IMG/VR virus record: IMGVR_UViG_3300037249_000225
Location: 1-36,157 of that record
Length of the DNA: 36,157 nucleotides
DNA from: a virus
Direction: 5' to 3' (one strand)
The translations under genes were made by a program, and so were the position numbers. The notes beneath the pieces were generated by a model. The model was not told the origin of the DNA. It worked only from the letters and a program-made list of their open reading frames with translations, and made no database searches. Position 1 is the stretch's first letter. Each line of letters begins with the position of its first letter. Shown here piece after piece: positions 1-9,102 of the stretch.

Positions 1-96
1 CATCAATGCCGCGGATGTGCTCTTTTGCTGGATCGTCGCTGATTTTTGTTTCTGGAACCGGCGCACCCGCTATAGCTATGTACTTCACTGTACCCG
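1..96. repeat. Terminal direct repeat, left copy (identical to 36062..36157)
   Basis: Read directly: catcaatgccgcggatgtgc...tacttcactgtacccg occurs at both window ends. Confidence 0.95.
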
Positions 97-193
97 TTCG
101 TTTGCCCGGAACGTCACAACCATGATTTTTCAATAAATATTCACTGATGTAATACGGCGGAACAATTCCCGTGAGACGGAAACGATCATCCAT
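1..193 (-). CDS. 5' portion of the amidase_2 (PGRP)-like gene, continuing at 36061..35739 across the junction
   Basis: ATG at 193..191. Hand translation gives MDDRFRLTGIVPPYYISEYLLKNHGCDVPGKRTGTVKYIAIAG..., which runs in frame into the 35739..36149 ORF. Total length is 516 nt (171 aa). Confidence 0.6.
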   Translation of the reverse strand, partial: MDDRFRLTGIVPPYYISEYLLKNHGCDVPGKRTGTVKYIAIAGAPVPETKISDDPAKEHIRGID

Positions 194-213
194 TTTAAGG
201 CTATCCCACGGCA

Positions 214-933
214 TTACGCAGTACCCTGCAAAATCGCATTTACCCTCTGCTGCACTGCCGACGCGTCAAATCCCGCATCAGTCAGACGCTTTTTGCGTTC
301 GGCGCCGCTTCCCCACTTGCCCGCAATTACCTCCCGGGCAACTTCATCCACTGTTGATGCAGACTTGCAACTTACTGGTAACTTGCCGGACAACGCCGGG
401 TATTCGACGAACGGACACTCGAACCAATACTCCCAGAAGCCGTCGAGCTTACGTTTTGTGACACCGTCACCTCGGGAGCCGAGCGTGCTCTCGACCGTGT
501 AACCGCCGCCGATGTATACGCCGACATGAGGATGTGACTTGCTGTAAACTATCAGCCCGGGTATCTCAGGCATCGTGCCGATCCTGCCCTTGTTTTTTGC
601 AAGGCTGTACATATACCCTGCATTTACATCGGTATTACCGTTGTATTTTGGTGAGCCGATACCGCCGTCAGGCTTGCCTGACCAATAGTATGATTTTATC
701 AGCCCGACGCAGTCGACGCCAAAAACGCCTTTATTTTTAAGCTTTGCGAGCTCATTCCAGCGTTGTGTTGTATAGCCGGTACCGGGCTTGTTGCCGTACA
801 TTCTGAACAGCATATCATACTGCTTCTCAATTGTACGAAGAATACCACCCCACATATATTTTGTTTTGAGTGCAAGCGTCTTTTCAGCGTGCTTCACAAG
901 ACCCGTATTTGTGTAAATGCTCATTTCATTCAC
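214..933 (-). CDS. Endolysin: NlpC/P60-type endopeptidase with a C-terminal CW_7 (Cpl-7-like) cell-wall-binding repeat
   Basis: VDCVGLIKSYYW (catalytic Cys) and HVGVYIGGG (His) motifs are present. The C-terminus VDEVAREVIAGKWGSGAERKKRLTDAGFDASAVQQRVN matches the CW_7 consensus as I recall it. The gene sits at the end of the late operon after the holins. Confidence 0.8.
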   Translation of the reverse strand: MNEMSIYTNTGLVKHAEKTLALKTKYMWGGILRTIEKQYDMLFRMYGNKPGTGYTTQRWNELAKLKNKGVFGVDCVGLIKSYYWSGKPDGGIGSPKYNGNTDVNAGYMYSLAKNKGRIGTMPEIPGLIVYSKSHPHVGVYIGGGYTVESTLGSRGDGVTKRKLDGFWEYWFECPFVEYPALSGKLPVSCKSASTVDEVAREVIAGKWGSGAERKKRLTDAGFDASAVQQRVNAILQGTA

Positions 934-1256
934 CCCTCAATATAGTTTGCAACGTTCTTGTTTTCATCAAGCCATTTCTTGAGCGTTTCAAGTGCGGTAT
1001 CTACCCATGCAGAGAAAACGCGGAACGGCAGGAACGCCGCAACGACCGGAAACTTCTGCACGAACCAGTCATACACGAGACGAAGTTTGAGCTGCCCCGT
1101 ACCCCCGCCAAGCATTTTTTCGGCTTCCGAGACTGCCCATTTCAACCACTCTATGACTTTTTTCTTTTGGTTGAGTATCAGATATGCAACCGCTATGACC
1201 GCGATTATTCCACCTATTATCAATGCAACAACATTAGATATCTGCATTATCATCAC
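930..1256 (-). CDS. Holin-like protein (LL-H holin family-like, one N-terminal TM)
   Basis: The N-terminal hydrophobic segment is VVALIIGGIIAVIAVAYLIL, the size is ~105 aa, and the gene lies immediately upstream of the endolysin. The start may be the 4th Met (1247), after SD GGGGGTGA. Confidence 0.6.
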   Translation of the reverse strand: MMIMQISNVVALIIGGIIAVIAVAYLILNQKKKVIEWLKWAVSEAEKMLGGGTGQLKLRLVYDWFVQKFPVVAAFLPFRVFSAWVDTALETLKKWLDENKNVANYIEG

Positions 1257-1497
1257 CCCCGTAAATATCTTTTCTGTCCTCTTTTGGAATTTTCAAGATG
1301 TTTTCGCACTTTGCCTTCCACGCGTAAAAACCAATAGCAACAGCCGTCGGCGCGCCAACAAAAGCGAGAAGTTCTCCGAGTTGTTCCGGACATTGACAAA
1401 TGACGTAAATGCCGAAAGATACGGTTATTATGTATATCAGCATACACGTCCCGAGAATAATCTTTGAAAATTCCACCTTGTTTTTGCGCCGCTTCAT
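1234..1497 (-). CDS. Small two-TM membrane protein (second holin/antiholin candidate)
   Basis: Two hydrophobic helices (IILGTCMLIYIITVSFGIYVI and LLAFVGAPTAVAIGFYAW) and a charged C-terminus. Located in the lysis cassette. Confidence 0.5.
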   Translation of the reverse strand: MKRRKNKVEFSKIILGTCMLIYIITVSFGIYVICQCPEQLGELLAFVGAPTAVAIGFYAWKAKCENILKIPKEDRKDIYGGDDNADI

Positions 1498-1510
1498 GCT
1501 CTCACCGCCT

Positions 1511-2185
1511 TTAAGCCAGCGTCCAGTTTTTAGCTGTAGCTACTGCTATCTCTTCCGCGCTCAGCCTTGCGAGGTTTGCCGCACCAAGGGTCAGCGTTTT
1601 ACCTGTCGTACCCGTCAGGTCTTTAAGACTCGCGATCATTGCGACCATGCTGTCATGTGTAAGCTGTTTGGTAAATGAGAACACCGCTGCATAATTCCAG
1701 TCTGCCCCAAGCCTTATATCTGTAACAGCAGTACAATTTGCAAACGAATTTGAATTATTCATATAAGTTATCGATGCGGGCAGCGTGACAGTTCTGAGTG
1801 ATGAACAGCCTGAAAATGTCCAGTTCCCCAAGTTGGCTATCCCGTCAGGTATAGTGATCGTTTCCAGTGATGTACAACTTCTGAATATAGCATTTCCGAT
1901 ATAACGCAATGAAGGTGGCAATTCGATCTTTTTCAAAGCTGTACAACCATTAAACACGTCGGACGGCAAACTCTGAATAGTGCTCCCGCTCTCAAAATAA
2001 ATTTCTTCCACTTCTGTATGACCATAAAAACTGCGTTCTGTAGATTGTAACGCCGTTACCGTATTCGGCACTGTTACAACAGCGGGATACAAAAACTTAC
2101 CGTTTGCGTCAAATGAGAATGCCGCACCGGAACCTTTTCCGCTGCCGAAAACCGTGTCGGCAAATATCATATCCGTCAGTTTCAT
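1511..2185 (-). CDS. Leucine-rich-repeat (BspA/LRR_5-like) protein
   Basis: Repeated units of the form 'F..C..L..I.IP..V..IG..AF..C.SL' occur about 5 times. The start is taken at MKLTD (SD AAGGTGA, TGATG overlap with the upstream ORF). The ORF track begins at 2203. Confidence 0.65.
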   Translation of the reverse strand: MKLTDMIFADTVFGSGKGSGAAFSFDANGKFLYPAVVTVPNTVTALQSTERSFYGHTEVEEIYFESGSTIQSLPSDVFNGCTALKKIELPPSLRYIGNAIFRSCTSLETITIPDGIANLGNWTFSGCSSLRTVTLPASITYMNNSNSFANCTAVTDIRLGADWNYAAVFSFTKQLTHDSMVAMIASLKDLTGTTGKTLTLGAANLARLSAEEIAVATAKNWTLA

Positions 2186-2406
2186 CACTCCGTCACCTTC
2201 CATGTATCGGTATCACCGTCAAGCACATACTTCTTGCCGCTGCCGTCTGTGAGATACGCAAAACTGCCCGCTTTTACAGGCTCAAACGTTTCTTTTCCGT
2301 TGCTGCCCGACATAGTTGCAGTAGGCAGACTTGTGATGTCCGCTTCTTTGCTAATTGAAAATACCGCTGTGTTAGTTGCATAGTCTATTCCGTTTAACTG
2401 TACCAT
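2185..2406 (-). CDS. Hypothetical small tail-module protein (73 aa)
   Basis: ORF is tightly coupled between the tail fibre gene and the LRR gene. No recognised motif. Confidence 0.45.
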   Translation of the reverse strand: MVQLNGIDYATNTAVFSISKEADITSLPTATMSGSNGKETFEPVKAGSFAYLTDGSGKKYVLDGDTDTWKVTE

Positions 2407-2421
2407 TTTGTACCTCCATAG

Positions 2422-3615
2422 TTATTTAATGACGACTTCAACGTGTTTCGCATCGATACGCCTGAGCACTCTTATTCCTGTATTTTTACTGCAATATGTC
2501 CCTACGCCGCGCCTTGCGGAAACGAAAGCGCCGACCTTACAACTCCCGTTATCGTTTATGACAAGTCTGCCGACCATACCGACAGCTGCCCATTCGGGGC
2601 GCTTTGAGCGTGGTATGTACTTCATTTCCGGGTCAAAGTCCGGCGATAACAGAGGCTCCCCTTGTGGCGTGGTAATTGTGCGTCCGAACACATCGACAGC
2701 GAATTTCCCATGCCAGTGTGTCTCGTAAGAATTTCCGACAACCGATGGCATAGCAGAAACTATCCCGAAGATATCATCACCGTGCGCTGGAACTATCTTA
2801 TCACCGTCGAGAGTTACCAACATACCACATCTATCTTCACTGTCAGGGTTGCCGTCTGCCCACTCGAAATATTCCGCGTAGTCTGCTCCGCCGCCATTAT
2901 AGCTTGTTGCATTCACATTTCCCACACCGTCAACCGTAAACGCCTGCGAAGCACCTGTGCCGCCCACAGAAAGATAACATTCATCGTTAGAATTTACCGT
3001 TTGACCGCTGCCGATGACCACACAATAATTACGGGAAACTGTGTTGTAGCTGCCAAACACCGCACCCTCATGTGCGGTATTTACAGTATTATTGTCACCG
3101 AAAACCGCGCTGCAACCACTATTTGTGACTGTGTTATCCCTGCCGTGCACAAACGTTCCGGTACCGCCTGTAAGCGTATTGTGCAATCCTCCGACATGAT
3201 TTCGGTAGCCACCGTTGACCGTGTTTTCCGACCCTTCGATATGAGTATCCGAAGACCCGGAGGAGCCGTTAAATGTGTTACCGTGTCCCTCAATATGTAC
3301 GCACTCATACGAATAGCCGTTTATCTTGTTATTGTAACCCTCGACATGATTATAACCGACAAAATAGAAATCCGGAGCTGCGGGATTTACAAATAACGCT
3401 ATGTTGTTGTACCCCTCAACATGATCGTACAGAAAAGACGACCAGTTGCCGCCTACCCATGTGGCTGTGTCTTCATCGTAAACGTGAGGTCGATAATCAT
3501 TAAAGCGTTCGGCGGTGTGCCGGATATCCATAAATTCACCGACACCGAGCCTGCTTTCAAGATCATCTATCCTCTTTTCGAGCTGTGGCTTCGGGTGCAC
3601 GTTTATCACAGGCAT
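2422..3615 (-). CDS. Tail fibre/spike with beta-helix-like repeats and a C-terminal peptidase-G2-type intramolecular-chaperone autocleavage domain
   Basis: Repeated H.EG..N/NTV.G motifs. The C-terminal GGADYAEYFEWADGNP...RCGMLVTLDGDKIVPA...FGIVSAMPSVVGNS...WHGKF..DVFGR matches the IMC domain I recall from phi29/GA-1 appendage-like proteins. Strong SD. Confidence 0.65.
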   Translation of the reverse strand: MPVINVHPKPQLEKRIDDLESRLGVGEFMDIRHTAERFNDYRPHVYDEDTATWVGGNWSSFLYDHVEGYNNIALFVNPAAPDFYFVGYNHVEGYNNKINGYSYECVHIEGHGNTFNGSSGSSDTHIEGSENTVNGGYRNHVGGLHNTLTGGTGTFVHGRDNTVTNSGCSAVFGDNNTVNTAHEGAVFGSYNTVSRNYCVVIGSGQTVNSNDECYLSVGGTGASQAFTVDGVGNVNATSYNGGGADYAEYFEWADGNPDSEDRCGMLVTLDGDKIVPAHGDDIFGIVSAMPSVVGNSYETHWHGKFAVDVFGRTITTPQGEPLLSPDFDPEMKYIPRSKRPEWAAVGMVGRLVINDNGSCKVGAFVSARRGVGTYCSKNTGIRVLRRIDAKHVEVVIK

Positions 3616-3616
3616 A

Positions 3617-4630
3617 TCATCCCTCCTTTACCGATGTCGGCGCTGTACAGGTAACGGTTGTCACCCCGCGAAAACGCCAAGTTATACCGGTGACTACGCC
3701 GAGTATGCTCCCGCGGATATCGACTTTTCCGCCCGAGAATGTCGCCATATCTCCGAGGGAAACAGACGGATCGTCAACACATTTTGCGGTAATGTCACGC
3801 ACGAGAGCGGCTATCCCCGCACCCCGTACAGCTGAATTTATCACATCACATTCTGCCTCCGTCTTTCCGTCGAGCAGAGGGATACGAGGCAGTGTTATAC
3901 TGCCGGGACGCGCCTGACTGTCTGACATATCACCGCCGACATAGGTTTTTATCTTGCTTCCGGAATACGCGGTCATGTACTTTACCCATGTACGGGTGTC
4001 GGAAAATTGTATGTCCGACCTGTTCTCTGCGGTGCTCGTATATGTCGAGCTCTGCCCCGCAACATATCCCGCTGGGCGTATCTGAAGCACACCGAACCTG
4101 TCGATAACGGCATTCCCGCAGAGAAGCATAGCGCACCACATAACGAGATCGCGGTATGTCTGCACCGATGCGCTCGACGGGATGAACGTCACGTTCTGAT
4201 TCGGCATACCGGCTGCTATCCCGCCGAAAGGCACACTGACTGCCTGACAGGCCGCCGATATCGCAGTACTTGCAGTATATGTCTGCTGTTTCATCTCTGC
4301 CGGAAGTTCAACGTCAAAGAGCGTTGCGGCATCCACCGCAGTGACTGAAAGGATATTGCCGCGGCGCTTGGTCTTTGAGTCGTCTACTCGGTATCTACCG
4401 AGACTTGTTTCGTCTTTGGTCAGTGCTATCACTGCCCCGTCGGGAGTTTCTCCCGTATAGCGCAGCGACATTTTAAGCACTGCGGCGTTGAATGTTCCGA
4501 AAGCGAAACTCCCCTTTTCGCAGGTCGACATAGTTACGCTCAGAGAGTTCGCCACAATATCCGCTTCCGTGAACGAAAAACCGCCCATTGTGCCCCGTAT
4601 GCGGCTTTCGGTTTCCTGTTTTTCGGGCAT
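3617..4630 (-). CDS. Tail tip/baseplate structural protein (Tal-position)
   Basis: 337-aa ORF with SD GGAGGTG, second gene after the tape measure. Assigned by position only. Confidence 0.45.
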   Translation of the reverse strand: MPEKQETESRIRGTMGGFSFTEADIVANSLSVTMSTCEKGSFAFGTFNAAVLKMSLRYTGETPDGAVIALTKDETSLGRYRVDDSKTKRRGNILSVTAVDAATLFDVELPAEMKQQTYTASTAISAACQAVSVPFGGIAAGMPNQNVTFIPSSASVQTYRDLVMWCAMLLCGNAVIDRFGVLQIRPAGYVAGQSSTYTSTAENRSDIQFSDTRTWVKYMTAYSGSKIKTYVGGDMSDSQARPGSITLPRIPLLDGKTEAECDVINSAVRGAGIAALVRDITAKCVDDPSVSLGDMATFSGGKVDIRGSILGVVTGITWRFRGVTTVTCTAPTSVKEG

Positions 4631-4632
4631 AG

Positions 4633-4992
4633 TTACACCTCCACAAGTTCATAGCTCACGTCCCAGATCTCTTTCTCCTGCGTTTTTGCGACCATTGATG
4701 CCGTGAGTTTACTGCAATAATACGTCCCGGAAGGTTCATAGCCGGGTGTGTACAGCTCCGTCTCGACTGTTTCGCCTTGCTTTATCTCGGAGATTATCGT
4801 TCCAAGACCTTCGGTATCAACACGATGAGTGACAGATGCGTGAACAACATTCTGCCGTATGACCTCCCGGTGCATATATCCGTCTTCGGTACGGGTGGAA
4901 CCCTCGCCGTCGATATCCTCCAGCGTGAAGCTGTACTGAGTGACACCGGGCAGGCTCCCAACAAGTCCCGATACGCCTGTTGTTTCTTCCAT
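4633..4992 (-). CDS. Distal-tail-position structural protein
   Basis: Start is at MEETTG after SD AAGGAGG (the ORF track starts at 5013). Lies directly downstream of the tape measure. Assigned by position only. Confidence 0.45.
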   Translation of the reverse strand: MEETTGVSGLVGSLPGVTQYSFTLEDIDGEGSTRTEDGYMHREVIRQNVVHASVTHRVDTEGLGTIISEIKQGETVETELYTPGYEPSGTYYCSKLTASMVAKTQEKEIWDVSYELVEV

Positions 4993-5002
4993 GACTGCCT
5001 CC

Positions 5003-7486
5003 TTATCCCGCAAGACCCGAACCGTTGTTTATCGTCGTATAGTCGGTATTTACGCGCTCGTCGTTGATGTATGCGTTCACTGTTATCTGCGATTGTGGAA
5101 CGTTTGACGGAACTATCCCCGTGTTCTGCGTTTGTGCCAGTGTTTTTGGGGCTGCGGTGTTCGGGGTTACGGTCGGGGTGGGAATCTGTCCGCTGCTTAT
5201 CATTTGATTTCGCCATATTTCAACATCAGCCCAACCGTATTGATCTCTTACATCACGAGATTTGTACCATTCTTTTGCTTCATCTGTTGACAAATAAGAT
5301 TGTTTGCCAAGTGAAAGAGCTGTATCGCTGTCATAACCCTGTTTAAGATAATCCTTGATAATACCCCCAAGACCTGCATCACCGAGATCAAATTTGCCCG
5401 CGAGAACATTCGCGCGAATTTCTGCTTGATGTGTTGCCTCATATATATTTGAACCTATTCCCTTAAATGTGTCAGAGACCCAAATCCCGAGTTTTCCAAA
5501 TACGCGTCTGCACGTTTTGTCAATTTCCGTAAGTCCACGATATATAGAGGAATTTTTTCCTGCCAAATTATCGTAAATGTCATTGCCGATACCTTTCCAA
5601 AAGTTTACAAAACCGGTACCGTCGAGTCCAACCGCATTAAGGATGTTTTCAATGCCTTCTGTCATACGCTTTAAAGGCGCATAGACTTTCTCGTCGTTTC
5701 CCCAACCGGATATAAGCTGCTGCAAGTCAGAGCCGAATTTAAACATCGTGTTCCACGCGCTGTGCGTAAACTCATAGATTTTAGCTCCGACCTTCGTCCA
5801 ATCAATATCGGGCATCAGTTTAAAATCTTCAAACTCTGCTTTTGTCGCATCAGCTGCGTCGGCGGCTTCATACAACTTAGCGATATCTTCATCACTTACA
5901 AGTCCCGCCGTAAATGCCCCTAAGGAGCTGCCGCCGGAAAGTTTTGATATCGTATCAAAACCTGCAAGTTTGGAAGCTGCTTTTTGAACATCTCCAAGTG
6001 CTTCTTCATAACCCTTAGCAGCGTCTGTTGCATTATCTGTTGAACTGACCGCGCCGTTCATAGCATCTGTAACAATATCACCAATAGCGTTTTCGCTTTG
6101 ATTTGCATTGCCGATTAACATAGTTAATGCCGTACCGATAAGCAAAAGTGCAGTGTAAGTTCCACCGAGTGCAATTTTTAGTTTATTGACTATCATTATA
6201 CCTGCAACAGCAAACCCTATTGCGCGAGTTGCAGGGCTGTCAAGAGCGGCAAGTGCAGATCCTATTATTGAAATACCTGTGGATAGTGCTTTGATCGGTG
6301 GAGCGAGAATATCCATAACGTTACGCATAGCCGGCAGAACCGACGATATCAGCGGCTGAAAAGTAGCGCCCAACTGTTCCTGAAAATCACCGAAATCGTT
6401 CTGAAGCTGTTTCAGCTTTCCGGTGGGAGTATTCGCAAGCAGCTCGTTCATATTCCCCACCTTATCACCGATCGCATCAACAAGCACCTGTGCTCTTTGG
6501 CTCTCTGTGCCGTATTTGAGCACCTGCTCCTGTGCTTCGGTGAACATAATGCCCTGCCGCTTTAACGACGTGTACTGACCGTTGAGAGCACGTCCGAGCA
6601 TATCCGCGGCGGATGTCGCGTCCCCTACGCTTGCCTCATATCCGGCATTTTGTGCTATCAGGTCATTCATTGCAGGAATGAGCATTTTCAAGGTGCTCGC
6701 CTGACCGGCGTAGGTGGTAAGCTGCTGAGCACCCGCAAGCTGTATCTCGTCACCGATGACCCCGACCTGCTGCTGTGCGCTCGCAAGTTCCTTTATGCTC
6801 TGTATCTCCTCATCCGTTGCGTTCATACGCTGCTTCATGTGTGCGGTCAGTTTAAGCTCGTTCTGCATCTGCACCACATACGCGTCGTTGCTGTCTTTGA
6901 GGAATTTACCGATACCGAGCGTTGCAACAGTCGCTTTGAGCTTCTTGAACGCCGCTTCAAGGCTTGTAACAGGTGCCGTTTTCAGTTTTGGCAGCTCGTC
7001 TGACAGTTTTTTTATCTTATCGGCTGCGTCCGCGGCATCCTTCCCCGCACTGCCTAAATTATCGGAAAATGTTCTGATATCCGCAAGAGCGCCCTGTAAA
7101 CCCTGCTGCATACTTTGAAGTTCGGAACGTGTCTGCTCCGCCGCCGTGCCCATCATGCCGATACGCGGTGACGTGTATATCGCCGCTTCGCTCATGGATG
7201 TAAGTGATACGCTCGCACGGTCGGATGATGCCGCAAAACGTTCGAGATCCGCCGTACCGCTTCCGAAAGATGTTAGTCCCGACACTGCCTGCGATACGGA
7301 TGCCGTAAACTGCGACATCTGCTGTGCTATCCCGGACATTACAGAAACGAGATCTGAAATATCGCCTTTTGCGTTTTCGGCACTTCCGCCGAGGCTTTCA
7401 AGCGACTGTGCGACGTTTGATATATTCGCGCCCGCACCGCCTGTATCTGCGGAGATCTGTATGTTGAGCTCATCGACCATTGACAT
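5003..7486 (-). CDS. Tail tape measure protein
   Basis: 827 aa with a long helical, Ala/Gln-rich N-terminal half and central hydrophobic segments (IGFAVAGIMIVNKLKIALGGTYTALLLIGTALTMLIG). Position is after the chaperone pair. Confidence 0.85.
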   Translation of the reverse strand: MSMVDELNIQISADTGGAGANISNVAQSLESLGGSAENAKGDISDLVSVMSGIAQQMSQFTASVSQAVSGLTSFGSGTADLERFAASSDRASVSLTSMSEAAIYTSPRIGMMGTAAEQTRSELQSMQQGLQGALADIRTFSDNLGSAGKDAADAADKIKKLSDELPKLKTAPVTSLEAAFKKLKATVATLGIGKFLKDSNDAYVVQMQNELKLTAHMKQRMNATDEEIQSIKELASAQQQVGVIGDEIQLAGAQQLTTYAGQASTLKMLIPAMNDLIAQNAGYEASVGDATSAADMLGRALNGQYTSLKRQGIMFTEAQEQVLKYGTESQRAQVLVDAIGDKVGNMNELLANTPTGKLKQLQNDFGDFQEQLGATFQPLISSVLPAMRNVMDILAPPIKALSTGISIIGSALAALDSPATRAIGFAVAGIMIVNKLKIALGGTYTALLLIGTALTMLIGNANQSENAIGDIVTDAMNGAVSSTDNATDAAKGYEEALGDVQKAASKLAGFDTISKLSGGSSLGAFTAGLVSDEDIAKLYEAADAADATKAEFEDFKLMPDIDWTKVGAKIYEFTHSAWNTMFKFGSDLQQLISGWGNDEKVYAPLKRMTEGIENILNAVGLDGTGFVNFWKGIGNDIYDNLAGKNSSIYRGLTEIDKTCRRVFGKLGIWVSDTFKGIGSNIYEATHQAEIRANVLAGKFDLGDAGLGGIIKDYLKQGYDSDTALSLGKQSYLSTDEAKEWYKSRDVRDQYGWADVEIWRNQMISSGQIPTPTVTPNTAAPKTLAQTQNTGIVPSNVPQSQITVNAYINDERVNTDYTTINNGSGLAG

Positions 7487-7814
7487 TGCTCATCCTCCTT
7501 TTGCGTGCTTCAAACTGCCGCCCGAACTGCTCCAGTGCCGCATAGCTTTCCTGCCAGTTTTCCGCGGAGATCTGACCGTCTTCGGTACGTCCGAACAATC
7601 CCGGAAACGCCCGTTTTATCGTTGACGGGAGCTTTATATCTGTGCGGCTGTATGCTCCGCCGTAATAGGCGACAAATGCAGAATTTATCATCTCACCGCG
7701 CTGTCTCGCTTCTTCTTTTTCGCCCGCGTAACGCAGCACCGAAGCGATCTCTCCGACTGTCATGTTCCGAAAGTCCGAGACACTGACACCGGCTGATACC
7801 GCTGCCGGTAACAT
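7470..7814 (-). CDS. Tail assembly chaperone, downstream (-1 frame) segment (GT-like)
   Basis: The ORF lies in the -1 frame relative to 7823..8269. That frame is open for at least 75 nt upstream of the listed Met. This is the canonical position between the major tail and tape measure genes. Confidence 0.55.
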   Translation of the reverse strand: MLPAAVSAGVSVSDFRNMTVGEIASVLRYAGEKEEARQRGEMINSAFVAYYGGAYSRTDIKLPSTIKRAFPGLFGRTEDGQISAENWQESYAALEQFGRQFEARKRRMSNVNGR

Positions 7815-7822
7815 ATCGTTTA

Positions 7823-8269
7823 TCAGGTCTGTGGCGTTGTCGTAGCGCTTTCCTTCTCTGCCATTGCCGCCAGTGTCTTTTCCGCTTTCCTGAGCAGTGC
7901 CGCCGCCTTTGCTTCCTCGACTTCCTGTGCTTTGATGTATGCTTCTTTCTGTGTATTGACCGCACTGCTCTTCAAAAAACCCGATGCCACCATAATGTCG
8001 AAGATGAGGAAAGTGTACTCCTGCAGCCCCTCGCCGTCCTCGGTCATTTCGTCGTAGATCTCGAACGCCTGACGCTTTCTGTCCTTGTATTCGCCCTCCG
8101 GAAGAGCTGCCGCGACGTAATCGGCAGCCACAGCAAGTTTATCGAGTTCGGCAGTCTTTGCAAGAAGTGATGCGGATGCACGTTCCTCGAACTCCACCGC
8201 CCTCTCCGCTGTTATGCGAAGTTTGAGTTCATCACCGTTTTTGCGTGTATATATAATGTAATTTGCCAT
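7823..8269 (-). CDS. Tail assembly chaperone (G-like)
   Basis: 148-aa acidic protein between the major tail protein and the tape measure gene. Confidence 0.6.
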   Translation of the reverse strand: MANYIIYTRKNGDELKLRITAERAVEFEERASASLLAKTAELDKLAVAADYVAAALPEGEYKDRKRQAFEIYDEMTEDGEGLQEYTFLIFDIMVASGFLKSSAVNTQKEAYIKAQEVEEAKAAALLRKAEKTLAAMAEKESATTTPQT

Positions 8270-8296
8270 GTTAATTACTCCTTGTTTTCAAAATAA

Positions 8297-8315
8297 AGGC
8301 GGGTGCTGCACCCGC
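8297..8315 (-). terminator. Hairpin (ggcgggtg-ctg-cacccgcc) downstream of the major tail gene
   Basis: An 8-bp GC stem is flanked by A/T runs on both sides. It is probably a partial terminator or RNA stabiliser that sets the major-tail stoichiometry. Confidence 0.5.
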
Positions 8316-8343
8316 CTGTTTGTTTGTGATATCTGATCGCGTA

Positions 8344-8736
8344 TTATGTACCGCCGCCCGAAGAAGAGCTGCTGCCGCCCCAGTCTGTTACCACGCACGA
8401 CGCGCGGTATTTGAGCGGCTCTCCGGGGGCTGCCGCGAGCATGAAGAAGCGAACATCAGCCGTAAAGTTGTGCGACGCATTGCCCGGATAAGTAACGCTG
8501 CAAGATGCGTTATTGACATCTGTCGGCAGCGAGCCCGTGTAAATGAAATCGAAGTTGAGAGTCTGGACATCTTCAAGTCCTGCTATGTAACGCTTTTTCA
8601 CAAGATCGTCGAAACTTGTTACATCTACTTTCTCGGGGTCTGCACCCATATCGGGCGTTGCGCAGCATTTTGCCGAAGCTCCGCCGATGCTGACCTGAAT
8701 ACCCGCCGAGAGATATCCCGAAGTACCGTCTGCCAT
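8344..8736 (-). CDS. Major tail protein (small, ~130 aa)
   Basis: Position is upstream of the chaperones. Strong SD AGGAGG, and a hairpin follows the gene. Composition is typical of beta-sandwich tail tube proteins. Confidence 0.6.
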   Translation of the reverse strand: MADGTSGYLSAGIQVSIGGASAKCCATPDMGADPEKVDVTSFDDLVKKRYIAGLEDVQTLNFDFIYTGSLPTDVNNASCSVTYPGNASHNFTADVRFFMLAAAPGEPLKYRASCVVTDWGGSSSSSGGGT

Positions 8737-8748
8737 TGTTTATACCTC

Positions 8749-9102
8749 CTACAAAATTATTCTGTGATGCGAATAATCGACACCGCAGGAATACTGCATC
8801 ATATACCGCTCCATTGCACCCTCTGTGAAGGGTCGAGCGGTCCTGCGGGTAAATCCCGCCGGTGTCAATATCTCGTCTATTGACCGTGCAAGCTGCACGG
8901 TGCTCAGTTTATCGAGCGTGTACGCGTCCACCTGTACCGTTATCCGCGTGAAATACTCGCTGCCTCCGCAGGTCATTGCGGTATTGGACGGCACCGAAAG
9001 CACGATAAGCGGAAACGAAACGTATGTGTCACGGAACGAAAGCTCTATCTGCGCACCGATCGGTGTGAGAAGTTCCGCAACATGGGGAAGTATGTCGATC
9101 AT
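8749..9102 (-). CDS. Tail completion / tail terminator-position protein
   Basis: 117 aa, ATGA-coupled to the HK97 gp10-like gene. Assigned by position only. Confidence 0.45.
   Translation of the reverse strand: MIDILPHVAELLTPIGAQIELSFRDTYVSFPLIVLSVPSNTAMTCGGSEYFTRITVQVDAYTLDKLSTVQLARSIDEILTPAGFTRRTARPFTEGAMERYMMQYSCGVDYSHHRIIL

Noticed and set aside
7693-7965. 90-aa Arg/Lys-rich minus-strand ORF overlapping the chaperone genes
   Set aside because: It is in the third frame relative to the chaperone pair, has extreme basic low-complexity composition and no SD. It is not the frame reached by a -1 shift.
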